Origin: an uncultured delta proteobacterium
Lineage (GTDB): Bacteria > Myxococcota_A > Polyangia > Polyangiales > Polyangiaceae
Assembly: GCA_963841435.1 (NCBI GenBank)
Contig: CAWJCS010000005.1
Coordinates: forward strand, 1,376,001-1,440,000
Length of the DNA: 64,000 nucleotides
Reading direction: 5' to 3'
Both the position numbers and the translations under genes were made by a program. Shown here in pieces: positions 34,319 to 45,501 of this stretch. Positions within the stretch are counted from its first letter, which is position 1. Every line of letters starts with the position of its first letter. The notes under the pieces were generated by a model, which saw only the letters and a list, made by a program, of their open reading frames with translations, was not told where the DNA came from and did no database searches.

Positions 34319-35869
34319 ATGCTCGGCCGCCCCGTGCTCGGACAAACGACTTCGACAGCGCCGCCAGCCAGCGACAGGACGAGCAAGCACAAGCTGACCA
34401 GGGATCTCAAGCGCGGATCCTTCTGGGTGCTCGCCGGCTACGGGGGCGGGCAGGCCCTTCGCCTCGGCAGCAACCTGGTGTTGTGGCGACTGCTCTACCC
34501 CGAAGCGTTCGGTCTGATGGCGCTCGTGAACACGTTCCTACAGGGGCTGCACATGTTCTCGGACGTCGGAATCGGCCCGAGCATCGTCCAGAGCCCACGA
34601 GGTGACGAGCCCGAGTACCTGAACACGGCCTGGACCATTCAGGTGGCACGAAGTCTCGTGCTTTTCACGATCGCCTGCGTCGCAGCCCGCGCCGTGGCGC
34701 ATTTCTACGACGCTCCCCCGCTCGCCACGCTCATCCCGCTGGTCGCGCTGGTGACCATCATCTCCGGGTTCAATTCCACACGCCTCGTGACGGCGAAGCG
34801 CCACGTGGCGCTGGGCCGCGCAACGGCCATCGATCTGATCTCGCAGGCATCGGGCATCGCCATCGTGATCCCATGGGCGTACGTCACCCGCGACGTGATG
34901 GCGTTCGCCGTCGGCGCCGTCGCGTCGGCGATCGTCAAGCTCGCTCTGAGCCACACCTTCCTACCGGGCGTGCAGAATCGCTTCACCTGGGATCGACCGA
35001 GCGCACACGCCCTGCTCCGCTTCGGGCGCTGGGTCTTTCTGAGCACGCTCTTGACGTTCGCGGTGCTGCAGTCGGACCGACTGATCTTCGGCAAGCTCGT
35101 CTCGCTCCAGACGCTCGGGGTCTACAGCATCGCCACGGTGTGGGCGACGATCCCCGTCACGGTCGTCTCGCAGGTCGCAAGCTCCGTGATCTTTCCCTTG
35201 CTCAGCCGCGTGCACAACGCCAGAGGCGACTTCGCCGGCGCGCTCAAGCAGACGCGCACGACCTGGCTCGTACTGGCGGGCTGGATGGTGGCGTGCCTCG
35301 GAGCAACCGGGCCGACGCTCATCAGGTTCCTCTACGACCAGCGGGCCAAGGACGCCGGATGGATTCTCCAGTTTCTCTCCGTCGGGACCTGGTTCGCGAG
35401 CCTCGAGATGCCCAACCGAATGGCGCTCCTGGCGCGCGGCCGTCCACTGTGGATGTCCGTGGACAGCAGTGCCAAGCTCGTGGCCATGGTGGCCCTGATT
35501 CCGACCGGCTACCTCCAATTCGGGTTTCCGGGCGCGGTCGCGGGGTTCGCGGGCGCAGAGCTGTTTTCCTATCTCGCCTCGCTCGTCGGGCTCGCGCGTG
35601 CAGGCGTCTCTGGGCTGCTGGTCAACGCGTCGCTTTCCGCCCTGGTGCTCGCAACGACCGTCGCGGGCGATTTCTTGCGCTGGCCGGTGCGACAGCTGGT
35701 CCAGCGCGTGGGCCTGCCCTACCGGGCGACCGCCTTCGTCGAGGGGATGCTGCTCGTGCTCGCCATCTCGAGCGTCTGGGCTGCCGCCTACTTCGGCTAC
35801 CGGCGCTTCTCACGCACACCGACCTCGAGCCCGACGACGGCGTCCTTCCCCCCTTCGGTGAGCCCCTGA
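34319..35869 (+). CDS. wzx: Wzx oligosaccharide flippase
   Basis: RLLYPEAFGLMA, FSDVGIG, NTAWTIQ, SDRLIFGKL...LGVYSIA, FPLLSR. Confidence 0.88.
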   Translation: MLGRPVLGQTTSTAPPASDRTSKHKLTRDLKRGSFWVLAGYGGGQALRLGSNLVLWRLLYPEAFGLMALVNTFLQGLHMFSDVGIGPSIVQSPRGDEPEYLNTAWTIQVARSLVLFTIACVAARAVAHFYDAPPLATLIPLVALVTIISGFNSTRLVTAKRHVALGRATAIDLISQASGIAIVIPWAYVTRDVMAFAVGAVASAIVKLALSHTFLPGVQNRFTWDRPSAHALLRFGRWVFLSTLLTFAVLQSDRLIFGKLVSLQTLGVYSIATVWATIPVTVVSQVASSVIFPLLSRVHNARGDFAGALKQTRTTWLVLAGWMVACLGATGPTLIRFLYDQRAKDAGWILQFLSVGTWFASLEMPNRMALLARGRPLWMSVDSSAKLVAMVALIPTGYLQFGFPGAVAGFAGAELFSYLASLVGLARAGVSGLLVNASLSALVLATTVAGDFLRWPVRQLVQRVGLPYRATAFVEGMLLVLAISSVWAAAYFGYRRFSRTPTSSPTTASFPPSVSP

Positions 35870-35912
35870 GCCTCCTGGCCAGCGAAGACCCGCCGGGCTA
35901 GGGACCTCTGGC

Positions 35913-36862
35913 ATGGGTCGCCGCTACCTGCTCGTCTCACCCTGCCGCGACGAAGCGGCGTACCTGGAGACCACCCTCGAGACGGTCTGCGCGCAAAGCG
36001 TCAAGCCGACCACCTGGCTCATCGTCGACGACGGGTCGACGGACCAGACACCCGAGATCCTCGCGCGCGCCGCCGCGAAGTATCCCTTCATTCAGGTCGT
36101 GCGCCGCGACGATCGCGGACACCGCTCCGTCGGCCCCGGCGTCATCGACGCGTTTTACCACGGGCTCGGCCACGTGCGGCTCGAGGACTACGACTACCTC
36201 TGCAAGCTCGATTGCGATCTCGAGCTGCCCCCCGGTATTTCGAGCGGCTCATGGAGCACTTCGAGGGTGATCCGTGGCTCGGCACGCTTTCGGGCAAGCT
36301 CCACGTCCGCTTCGGCGATCGCCTGGTGCGGGAGCGAACCGGCGACGAAAACTCGGTGGGGCCCGCGAAATTCTATCGCGTCGGATGTTTTCGAAGCATC
36401 GGCGGCTTCGTGCGCGAAGTGTGCTGGGACGGCATCGACGGACACATGTGCCGCATGAAGGGCTGGGTCGCTCGTTCGATCGACGAGCGCGAGCTCGCCA
36501 TCGTTCATCTTCGACAAATGGGCTCTAGCCACGTCAACATTTGGACCGGCCGCACGCGGTGGGGTCGCGGGAAGTACTTCATGGGCTCCACGCCGTATTA
36601 CATGGCCGCGGTCTGCCTCTACCGAATGGTCGAGCGACCCTACGTGCTCGGCGGGCTCGGCATCCTGTGGGGTTATGCCAAGGCGGCACTGGACGGCAAC
36701 AAGCGCATCACGGACGAGGAGTACCTGGCGTTCGTGCGTCAGTTCGAGCGCGACTCGCTGATCTTCGGCAAGAGGGGCGCGGTCGATCGCTACGACGAGA
36801 AGCTCCGCGAGCGCCCACCGCCTGCGTCCATCGCGGTGAGCGAGCGCGATCGGAGCGGCTAG
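35913..36862 (+). CDS. Glycosyltransferase family 2; apparent frameshift in the C-run at ~36228-36233
   Basis: SPCRDE, VDDGSTD, KLDCDL in the first frame; continues as RYFERL...CWDGID in ORF 36212..36862. Confidence 0.88.
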
Positions 36863-36863
36863 G

Positions 36864-39148
36864 GTGCGCGCCCGTGCCGCAGCGCCCTGGGCACTCTTGC
36901 TGGTGGCCCTCGGTGTCGGCGCCGCCGTGTTCCGAGGTTTCGAAACGAGCGCGACTCCCGGCGCGAGCCCACCGGTCCCCGCACCGCACGTCGAGGCCGT
37001 CTCGACGCGCGCGGCGCTCGAGGGCTCGTGGGGTCCGGACGCCGTGGCGAGGGACAACGGCGATGCCTGGCTCGACTTCGAGCCCCCGCCCGACGACTTC
37101 GAACCGGCCGAGCTCGACCTCCGCCCGTGGAACGAGAAGCGCGCCGGGGATTTCGGCACCGTCGGGACCGCGGCGGGGGCCCTGACGACCGGTCCCCTCG
37201 GCCTTCCCTGGCGTTTCTGGGGAGTCAATGCGGGACAGCGCGTGCTCGACCTCGACGACGAACAGATGCACGTGTTCGCCGGCACGCTCGCCAAGCGCGG
37301 CGTGAATCTCGTGCGTCTCCACGTGCAGTACTGGCTCGACAAGGACATCACCCGAGTCGAACGCGAAGCTGGTCGAGCGGACGCATCGTCTGGTTCACGA
37401 GCTCGACGACGCGGGTATCCGTACGGCGCTCTCGATCTTCTTTCCGTACTGGATGCGGGTGCGCGCCAAGGACTTTCCCGGCTACGACGGAGAGGAGCGG
37501 GCGTTCGGCCTCATCTACACGGACGAGCGGTTCAGAACCATCTATCGCGGTTGGTGGCGTCAGCTGCTCACCCCCCCGAGCCCCTGGACCGGGCAACCGC
37601 TCGTCGCCGATCGGGGCCTTGCCTTCGTCGAGCTCGTCAACGAGGACTCGACGCTGTTCTGGACCTTCGACCCATACGATCGCCTGCCGGCAACGCAGAC
37701 GCACGCGCTCGAGCGCGCCTTCGGGCGGTTCGTCGCCAGCCGCTATGGCAGCGTGGAAGCGGCCTTGGCTCGCTGGGGCGGAGGCCGCGTGCGGGGCGAC
37801 GACCCAAAGGACGGCCGTGCGGGAGTGCTGAGTCTGCGCACCATCGCCCGTGTCACCACGGCGCGCACACGCGATACGGCTGAGTTTCTCGCGCGACACA
37901 TGCGCGACGTGTACGAGGGGCTGAGGACTTACCTACGCGACGAGCTCGGCTTGCGGGTCCCGGTCGTGTGCTCGAATTGGGTCACCGCGAGCGCCGTGCG
38001 CCTCGGTCCGCTCGACAAGTGGGCGAACACCGCCTGCGACGTGATGGACCAGCACGGATATTTCTCCGGGCCCCACGAGGGAACGCATGCCTCGTACCGG
38101 ATCGTCGCGGGTCAGCAGTACGACGACCGAAGCGCGCTCGTCCTCGATCCAGCAACGGGGGCGAGCGCCGTCGCGGATCTGCCCACGAACGCCATGCGCT
38201 TCCAGGGCAAGCCGAGCATCGTCTCCGAGGTCAACTGGCCGGAGCCCAATCGCTTCCGCGCGGAGGCCCCCTTTCTGGCCCTCGCTTATGGATCGCTGCA
38301 CGGGACGGACGGCTTTGCATTTTTTGCCACGCAGACCCCTGGATTCGCCGAGACGCTCAGCAAGTTCGTCATCGCCGATCCCACCGTGCTCGGAATGTTT
38401 CCGGGCGCAGCGCTCGCGTTTCGCCTCGGGTACCTGGCCGAAGCGAAGCCCGCCGCGAGCGTCAACCTCTCCACGGGTTCTCTCTTCGAGCTCCGCGGCA
38501 GCTCGTTGTTCGAGACACGCTCGGGGGACCCGCTGCGTCGGCGCGAGCTCGGGGGCGACGCCTCGCGCGGCGCGGCGCTCGATCCGCTCACCTTCCTCGT
38601 CGGTCCCGTCAACGTGAGCTTCGACCGCTCGAACCCGACAGAGGTTTCACCGCCAACCGGGCTCTACGGCGCGGACGCAGTCCGTTCGTCGAACGGGGGA
38701 GCTCGAGATGGACTTGCGACGCGGAGTGCTCACGCTGAACGCACCGCGGGCAGAGGGGGCCGTGGGGTTCCTCTCGCGACGGAGCCCGATCGAGCTCGGC
38801 GTGCTGCGCATCGAGACAGGGCTCGAGTACGGTGCGCTGCTCGCGGTACCCCTCGACGGAGAGCCGCTCGCGCGCTCGAAACGCGTGCTCGTCGAGGTGG
38901 TATCCGAGCTTCAGAACACGGGCTTTCTTGCGCGCGGCGCGGGGAAGCGAACGATCTTGAACGTCGGCCACGCGCCGATCCAACTGCGGCGACTGGACGG
39001 AAGGGTCACGCTGCGGCGCCCCAACGTCGCCCGCCTGCAGGCCATCGCCCTCGACGCCAACGGGCGCCGTCTGCGGGAAGCTCGCGACCTGACGAACGGC
39101 CTCGTGCTCCTGCCGGACGCGCTCTATTACCTGCTCGTGGCGGAATGA
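36864..39148 (+). CDS. Secreted clan GH-A (GH5-like) glycoside hydrolase; apparent frameshifts at ~37360 and ~38697
   Basis: N-terminal hydrophobic signal; RFWGVN, GVNLVRLH, ELVNEDS (candidate acid/base), DQHGY, VSEVNW (candidate nucleophile). Three ORF pieces join after two single-base corrections. Confidence 0.75.
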
Positions 39149-39151
39149 ACG

Positions 39152-39811
39152 CTACTCGACGACGATCGCATCGCCGTCACGCAGCCGGAACCGCACGCTC
39201 GCGGCCTCGGCAGCGACCAGGTCCGAGTAGCGAAAGCGCACGCGAGGGCTGGACCTGTCGTGTCGAATCACGAAAATCGAGTCCTCGTCGGCAAATGTGC
39301 TGAGCCCGCCCGCCCTCGCGAGCACGTCGAGCACGCCCTCGTCACCGGTCAACGCGTACCTGCCGGCCGTCTTCACCTCCCCGAGCACGCTCACGGTCGG
39401 AGGGGGGCGCACGGCGATGAGGATCGTGACACGGGGGTCGGCGAGCACGCCCCGCAGCCGGTTCGTGACTTCGGCCGCCAGCGCGTCCGCGGTCCTGCCG
39501 GCGGTATTGAAACGTCCAGCGGTCGGCAAGACGACTTCGCCGCCCGGTCGCACGTCGAACTCGCCCGACATCTCCAACTGATTCGCGACCACCACCTGCA
39601 GCTTGTCACCGGGGAGGATCACCTTGTCTTCGTTGGGATCCGGGGGCGGCAGCTGACTGGCCCAGACGTAGGTGCGTGACGTGCCGCAAGCGAGCGCGAG
39701 ACCCGCCGCGAGAACGAGCGATGAGCGCCGCGTCACGCGCGATGGGGCGGCATGCGCGGCGCCACGGACGGCGACTCCACGCGGCACGTTGCGGGAGCGA
39801 TGCGTTGTCAT
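39152..39811 (-). CDS. Short OPX (Wza-like) polysaccharide export lipoprotein
   Basis: Lipobox LALAC; ILPGDKLQV, VRPGGEVVLP, VSVLGEV..AG.Y, AGGLS.FAD; ends LRDGDAIVVE. Confidence 0.9.
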   Translation of the reverse strand: MTTHRSRNVPRGVAVRGAAHAAPSRVTRRSSLVLAAGLALACGTSRTYVWASQLPPPDPNEDKVILPGDKLQVVVANQLEMSGEFDVRPGGEVVLPTAGRFNTAGRTADALAAEVTNRLRGVLADPRVTILIAVRPPPTVSVLGEVKTAGRYALTGDEGVLDVLARAGGLSTFADEDSIFVIRHDRSSPRVRFRYSDLVAAEAASVRFRLRDGDAIVVE

Positions 39812-39945
39812 TCGGAGACCACAGTGCTACCGGGAAAATCGCCGCGCCGCATCCCGCAACGCGAGCCCGACGCGGCTCGCACGATACCATACGAGCGCGC
39901 TCGGCAATCCCGAACCACCGCCGCCCCGCCGAGTCCGCACGGCCC

Positions 39946-41166
39946 GTGAGCCAGCCCCGTCCCCAACCCGACCGATCGGTGCTCGTGCGAGCGCTTTCAC
40001 GGCCGCTCGCCGTGGGGCTCCTGCTGCGCCTCGCGTGGATTCTCGTTTGCCCGAACGAGCCGACCTCCGACCAGGTCGTCTATCACGATTCTGCCCGCTG
40101 GCTCGTCGAGCGCTTGTCGTACGTCAACGCGACCGGCAACCCGGCGGGGTACTGGCCGGTCGGTTACTCGGCGCTGCTCGCTCCGTTCTACGCTCTCTTC
40201 GGCCCCCATCCTGCGGTTGCCTTCGTCGTCAATGCGTTGCTCGGGGGCCTCACGATTGTGACGACCGGGGGACTTGCCGCGACGCTTTTCGGAATCAGGG
40301 CGGGTCGCGCCGCCGCCTGGGTGGTGGCGCTCTTGCCGACCGGCGTCCTCTACACGACCTGCATCGCCTCCGAGAACGCCGTGCTTCCCGGTCTCATGGG
40401 AGCGATGTGGCTGATGGCGACGCCAGGCGAGGGCAAGCGGCGGATCGGGCTCGACATCATGGCCGGGGTCGTCCTCGCCGCGACGACGTACGTGCGGGGA
40501 ACCGCGCTCCCCTTCGCGGCAATTCCGCTGGCACTGTCGTTCCGGACTCCGTGGCTCGCGGTGCGCCGTGCCGCGACGGTCGGCGCGTGCCTACTCGCGC
40601 TCACCCTGCCCTGGGCTTTCCGCAATCACGCCGATTTCGGCACCTACTCACTCACGTCCATCAACGCCGGAGCGAATCTGTGGATGGGCAACCGCGAGGG
40701 CACCGACGGAATGGCCGCGTCGCTGCCACCGGACCTGCCAGACGACCTTGCGGTGCGTGACGCCGAGCTCAGGCAGAGGGCGATCGGAATCATCCTCGCA
40801 GACCCGGTCCGGTCCGCGCGCCTCGCGTTCCTTCGGAGCTGGGTCACGCTGCGCTCGGACACGATCGCGGCGAGCTGGAACGTGGTGGGACTCGAAGCGC
40901 GCTTCGGTAAGCGGGCCGTCACTGTCGCCAAGGTGGCGTGCACGCTCGGGTATTTTGCGCTGCTCGGCGCCGCGGCCCTCGGCCTTTTCGCGCGTTTCCG
41001 AGCCAGATTGCTCGATCGGGGTGACGCCGTCCTGGCGCTCGGCTGCGCACTGATTGCGCTGCCCTTCGTCGTCATCGTGGGCGGCAACCGCTACGGCCTA
41101 CCCTTGCAGCCACTGCTTTCGTGCTGGGCCGGGTTCAAGCTCGCCCAGTCGCGAAATTCTTACTAA
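39946..41166 (+). CDS. GT-C-like membrane glycosyltransferase (ArnT-like; start uncertain)
   Basis: SDQVVY, WPVGYS, IASEN, PWAFRN, NLWMGN, NRY; many TM helices. Confidence 0.75.
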   Translation: MSQPRPQPDRSVLVRALSRPLAVGLLLRLAWILVCPNEPTSDQVVYHDSARWLVERLSYVNATGNPAGYWPVGYSALLAPFYALFGPHPAVAFVVNALLGGLTIVTTGGLAATLFGIRAGRAAAWVVALLPTGVLYTTCIASENAVLPGLMGAMWLMATPGEGKRRIGLDIMAGVVLAATTYVRGTALPFAAIPLALSFRTPWLAVRRAATVGACLLALTLPWAFRNHADFGTYSLTSINAGANLWMGNREGTDGMAASLPPDLPDDLAVRDAELRQRAIGIILADPVRSARLAFLRSWVTLRSDTIAASWNVVGLEARFGKRAVTVAKVACTLGYFALLGAAALGLFARFRARLLDRGDAVLALGCALIALPFVVIVGGNRYGLPLQPLLSCWAGFKLAQSRNSY

Positions 41167-41334
41167 CCAGTTGCTGCGCTCGGAGCGTGTCGCAGTGATA
41201 CAACTGTCGGGGCTTCGGCAAGAGCGCCGGAGTTGTCACCTGGTGCCGAGCGGCGCTAAGCCTCGAAGCGAGAGCCGCGCCATCACGCCCCGCCCTGACC
41301 GAACGGGCATTTCGCGCAACACTCTATGGAGCGC

Positions 41335-43114
41335 ATGACCGACACGCCGTCCGACCAGAAAAAACAAGTCCTCACGGTCAACGTCGAAGACTACTTCCAC
41401 GTCTGGGCGATCAGGAATTCGGATGCGGTGCGCCGCAAGCATTGGGATCGACTCGACCCACGCATCGAAAGCAGCGTGAACGCAACGCTGGAGCTCTTGC
41501 GAGAACACGACGCCAAGGGAACCTTCTTCGTATTCGGTTGCATCGCCGATGCCTTTCCCGCGCTCGTTGCGAGCATCGTCGCCGACGGTCACGAGGTCGC
41601 CAGCCGCGGCTACCTTCCTCGCAGCCTGATCGGGCTCGGAAGGGCGGAATTCGTCGAACGACCTCGGCCAGGCAAAGCTCGCGCTCGAGCGGGCCGGCGC
41701 CAACCGGGTCATCGGCTACCGCTCACCCGTGTGGATTGGGCAGAGCCATCTCTGGATGCTCGATGCGCTTGCGGAAGCGGGCTACGTGTACGACTCGAGC
41801 GTCAACCCCGTGCTGCGGCGCTTCGCCGAACGACCCGAGTTCTTCGGCGTCCGCGAACACGATACGTTGGGCGGCAAGCTCTGGGAGTACCCGATCACGA
41901 CGGCCGGAGCCCTCGGCGTGCGGCTGACGATTTCCGGGGGCAACTACATCCGCCAGCTGCCTCACAGCGTGCTTTCGCGCGCCTTGGCCCGGCGCATCGA
42001 GTCCGAAGCGGAGCCCGTCGTCTTCTATTTCATGCCGTGGGAGCTCGACGTGGGTCAGCCGCACATCTCCGGTCTCTCCGTGATGAGCAGCATGCGGCAG
42101 TACCGCAATCTTGCGAAAACGCGCTGGGTTCTCAAGCAATACCTGTCTCGCTACTCGTTCCATTCCATTGCCGACGACCTCGGCCTGGCCCACCCCGCCA
42201 TGAGCGACGCGGAGCGTCCGCCGCGGCTGGTCGACGAGATCATCGAGCCGATGCCGGAGAGCGGGCCCAAGCGCGAAGCCACGCTGGTGATCCCGATCTT
42301 CAATGAAGAGCAAAACGTCCGCTACCTCTACCGGACCTTGTCCGGCTTCAGGGCTCGCCTCGCGCGGCGCTATCGCCTGCACCTCGTGCTCGTCGACGAT
42401 GCGAGCACCGATCAAACCTGGGAGCTTTTGAACGAGCACTTCGGGCCCGCCACCGACACGATACTCGTCCGCCACGACCACAATCGCGGGGTGGCCGCCG
42501 CGATCCTCACGGGCATCCATTCCGCGCCGACGGAGGTGGTCTGTTCGATCGACTGTGACTGCTCGTACGATCCGGACGACTTGGGCGGCATGCTGCCTCT
42601 CATCGATCAGGGAGATCTCGTGACGGCCTCGCCGTACCACCCCGACGGCAAGGTGATGAACGTACCCAGCTGGCGGCTGTTCCTCTCGAAAACCCTGTCG
42701 AAGATGTACTCGGCCATGCTGGGCGAGCGCTTTTACACGTACACGAGCTGCTGCCGCGTCTACCGCAAGGACTCGCTCGACAACGTCGAGATCACGAACG
42801 GCGGCTTCCTGGGCGTCGCCGAAACGCTCATCGAGCTGAAACGCCACGGCGGGAAGGTCATCGAGTACCCCGCCACCCTGGAGTCGCGCCTGTTCGGGGA
42901 GTCGAAGATGAAGGTCGCCCGCACGATCGGTCGGCACCTCGGCATGTTGAGCAAGCTTGCGCGCATTCGCCTGAGCGGTCACGGCCTCGCGTACGCGCCG
43001 AGCACGCGTGCCCCGCGCGAGCACAGCTCGGCTCACTGGTGGCGCAGCGCCCCCCCGGCCGCCACGAGTGACCCCCCCAAGCCACCGCCCTCGACCACGA
43101 GGGTCGCTTCGTGA
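41335..43114 (+). CDS. Polysaccharide deacetylase (PEP-CTERM-locus/DUF3473 type) fused to a GT2 domain; apparent frameshift at ~41657
   Basis: T(V)NVEDYFH, GTFF, GHEVAS.G, GYRSP, YDSS, GGNYIR, PWELD; then IPIFNEE, VDDASTD, IDCDCSY. Confidence 0.85.
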
Positions 43115-44091
43115 GCGGCGCGCGACCACTCGCCAGCCTTTCGCTCGACCTCGACAACGTGTGGTCGTACATGAAGACCCACGGCGACGAAGGCTGGCAG
43201 GACTTTCCGACCTATCTCGACCCGCTCGCCAACGTGCTGCTCCCGCGCCTGGCGCGCCACGGCTTGCAAATCACGGTGTTCGTCGTCGGACAGGACGCCG
43301 CCTTGGCGAAGAACGAAGGCGCGCTGCGACGCATCGCGGAGGCGGGGCACTCGCTCGGCAATCACTCGTTTTCTCACGAGCCATGGTTTCACGTGTACGC
43401 GCCCGAGAAGGTGGAGCAGGAGATCCGCCTCGCGGAGGAACACATCGAGCGTGTCACGGGCAAGCGGCCGCGCGGCTATCGCGGCCCCGGCTTCTCGCTG
43501 ACACCGGAGACCCTGCGCGTGCTGCTCGGGCGGGGCTACCTCTTCGACGCCTCCACGTTCCCGACCTTTCTCGGGCCCGTCGCGCGCGCTTACTATTTCT
43601 TCAAGAGCAAGAACCTCAGCAAGGCGGACCAGGAGCAGAGAAACCAACTTTTCGGCTCGGCCAAGGAGGGGCTGCGCGGCATCCACCCCTACCTATGGCA
43701 GGTCGGCGGCAGCCCCGCGGGCGACCGTCTGCTGGAGATCCCGGTGACGACGATGCCGGTCATGCGGGTGCCGATTCACATGAGCTACCTGCTCTATCTC
43801 GGCATCCGCTCCAAGGCCCTCGCGCTCTCGTACTTGAAGACGGCGATCGGCTTGTGCAAGCTCCGTGGTGTGGGCCCCTCCTTCCTCCTGCACCCCCTGG
43901 ATTTCCTGGGCAAAGACCTGGAGGAGCGCGTCGGCTTCTTCCCGGGCATGAACCTCGACACCGAGGTGAAGCTCGAGCTATTCGACAGCGTGATTGCCGA
44001 GCTCGGACGAAACTTCGAGCTCGTCGATATGTACACGCACGCACGCGCGCTGCTGGCGGGCGGGGACCTGTCGATCAAGGACGCAGCGTGA
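43111..44091 (+). CDS. Polysaccharide deacetylase
   Basis: SLDLDN, ITVFVVG, GNHSFSH, GYRGPGF, LLHPLDF. Confidence 0.88.
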   Translation: MSGARPLASLSLDLDNVWSYMKTHGDEGWQDFPTYLDPLANVLLPRLARHGLQITVFVVGQDAALAKNEGALRRIAEAGHSLGNHSFSHEPWFHVYAPEKVEQEIRLAEEHIERVTGKRPRGYRGPGFSLTPETLRVLLGRGYLFDASTFPTFLGPVARAYYFFKSKNLSKADQEQRNQLFGSAKEGLRGIHPYLWQVGGSPAGDRLLEIPVTTMPVMRVPIHMSYLLYLGIRSKALALSYLKTAIGLCKLRGVGPSFLLHPLDFLGKDLEERVGFFPGMNLDTEVKLELFDSVIAELGRNFELVDMYTHARALLAGGDLSIKDAA

Positions 44092-44140
44092 ACCGAGCGG
44101 TGGGCGACGCGCGCACCGGCGCGCTTCGCGGGAGCAGCAC

Positions 44141-45487
44141 ATGAAGGTCGCCATCGTCGGCGGCGGCGTGCTTGGTCTCACGCTGTCTCATCGGCTCGCG
44201 CGACAGGGACACCGGGTCGAGCTGTTCGAGGCCCAACCCGAGCTCGGGGGCTTGGCCGCCTCGCAACGCTTCGGTCCATTCGTCTGGGATCGCTTCTACC
44301 ACTGCATCCTGCCCCACGACTCGAACCTGCTCGGCGTGCTCGGCGAGCTCGGCCTCGGCGACGAGCTTCGCTGGGCGAAGACGGGCACGGGCTACTACGC
44401 CGGGGGCAAGTTCTATTCGATGAGCGGCAACGCGGACTACCTCAAATTTCCGCTGCTTTCGCTGCTCGACAAGGTGCGTCTCGGGGCCACCGTCCTTCAC
44501 GCCACGCGGACGGCGCGGCCGCATGATCTCTACCGCATCACCGCAGAGGCGTGGCTCACGCGCTGGTGCGGTAAGCGCGTCTACGAGACCTTCTGGCGAC
44601 CGCTCTTGAAGGCCAAGTTCGGCCCCTACCATGATCAAGTCGCCGCCGTGTTCATCTGGGCCACGCTCACGCGCCTCCAGGGCGCGCGGAAGGGCGCTAC
44701 CGCGCGCGAGCACCTCGGCTACGTCCATGGCGGCTACGCGCGCATCCTGGGCGCGTTCCAGAGCGCGCTCGAGAAGGCGGGCGCCATCTTGCACACGGGC
44801 GCGCCGGTGCGGTCCATCGAGTCGCTCGCGGAACGAAAGGGCGTACGCCTCGCCTGGGAGGGCGCCGACCCCGGCACCGCCGAGTTCGATCAAGTCTTCT
44901 TCACGGGGCCCACGCGGCTCGCGCGACGCGCCGTGGCAGCGGACCTCTTGCCCGTGGTCGAGGCGGCCGAACGCCGCTACCCGACGGCGGGCTCCTACCT
45001 CGGAGTCGTCTGCCTGACGCTGGTGCTCAAGCGCCCACTTACCCCCTACTACGTGCTCAACATCGCCGATCCCGCGGTCGAGCTGACGGGCCTCATCGAG
45101 ATGACGAACCTCGTGGATCGCGCGGCGGAGACGGAGGGGTTGAGCCTCGTGTACCTGCCACGTTACCTCGACAGCGGCGATCCTGCTTTCGGCAGCAGCG
45201 ACGAGGAGCTCGTCGAGAGTTTACTCGGGCGCGGCGTGCGGAGGCTGTTCCCGGACCTCGCGGACGACGACATCGTCGATCGGCAGATCCACCGCGCCCG
45301 CTTCGTGCAACCGCTGCCGCTCGTGCGGCACGGCGCCGTCGGCGCCGAGCCGCCCGAGCACACGCCGCCGTTCACGATCCTGAACACCTCGATGCTCGAA
45401 TGCGCGACGCTGAACAACAACGAGGTAGTGGGGCTCGTCGATCGAGCCGTCACGCGCTTCGCGCCCGTGCTCGGGCGCGCGAGCTAG
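44141..45487 (+). CDS. FAD-dependent oxidoreductase (amine oxidase/HemY-like fold)
   Basis: IVGGGVLGL, LGGLA, WDRFYH, LGYVHGG. Confidence 0.85.
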   Translation: MKVAIVGGGVLGLTLSHRLARQGHRVELFEAQPELGGLAASQRFGPFVWDRFYHCILPHDSNLLGVLGELGLGDELRWAKTGTGYYAGGKFYSMSGNADYLKFPLLSLLDKVRLGATVLHATRTARPHDLYRITAEAWLTRWCGKRVYETFWRPLLKAKFGPYHDQVAAVFIWATLTRLQGARKGATAREHLGYVHGGYARILGAFQSALEKAGAILHTGAPVRSIESLAERKGVRLAWEGADPGTAEFDQVFFTGPTRLARRAVAADLLPVVEAAERRYPTAGSYLGVVCLTLVLKRPLTPYYVLNIADPAVELTGLIEMTNLVDRAAETEGLSLVYLPRYLDSGDPAFGSSDEELVESLLGRGVRRLFPDLADDDIVDRQIHRARFVQPLPLVRHGAVGAEPPEHTPPFTILNTSMLECATLNNNEVVGLVDRAVTRFAPVLGRAS

Positions 45488-45501
45488 GGCAGGGAGCGAC
45501 C

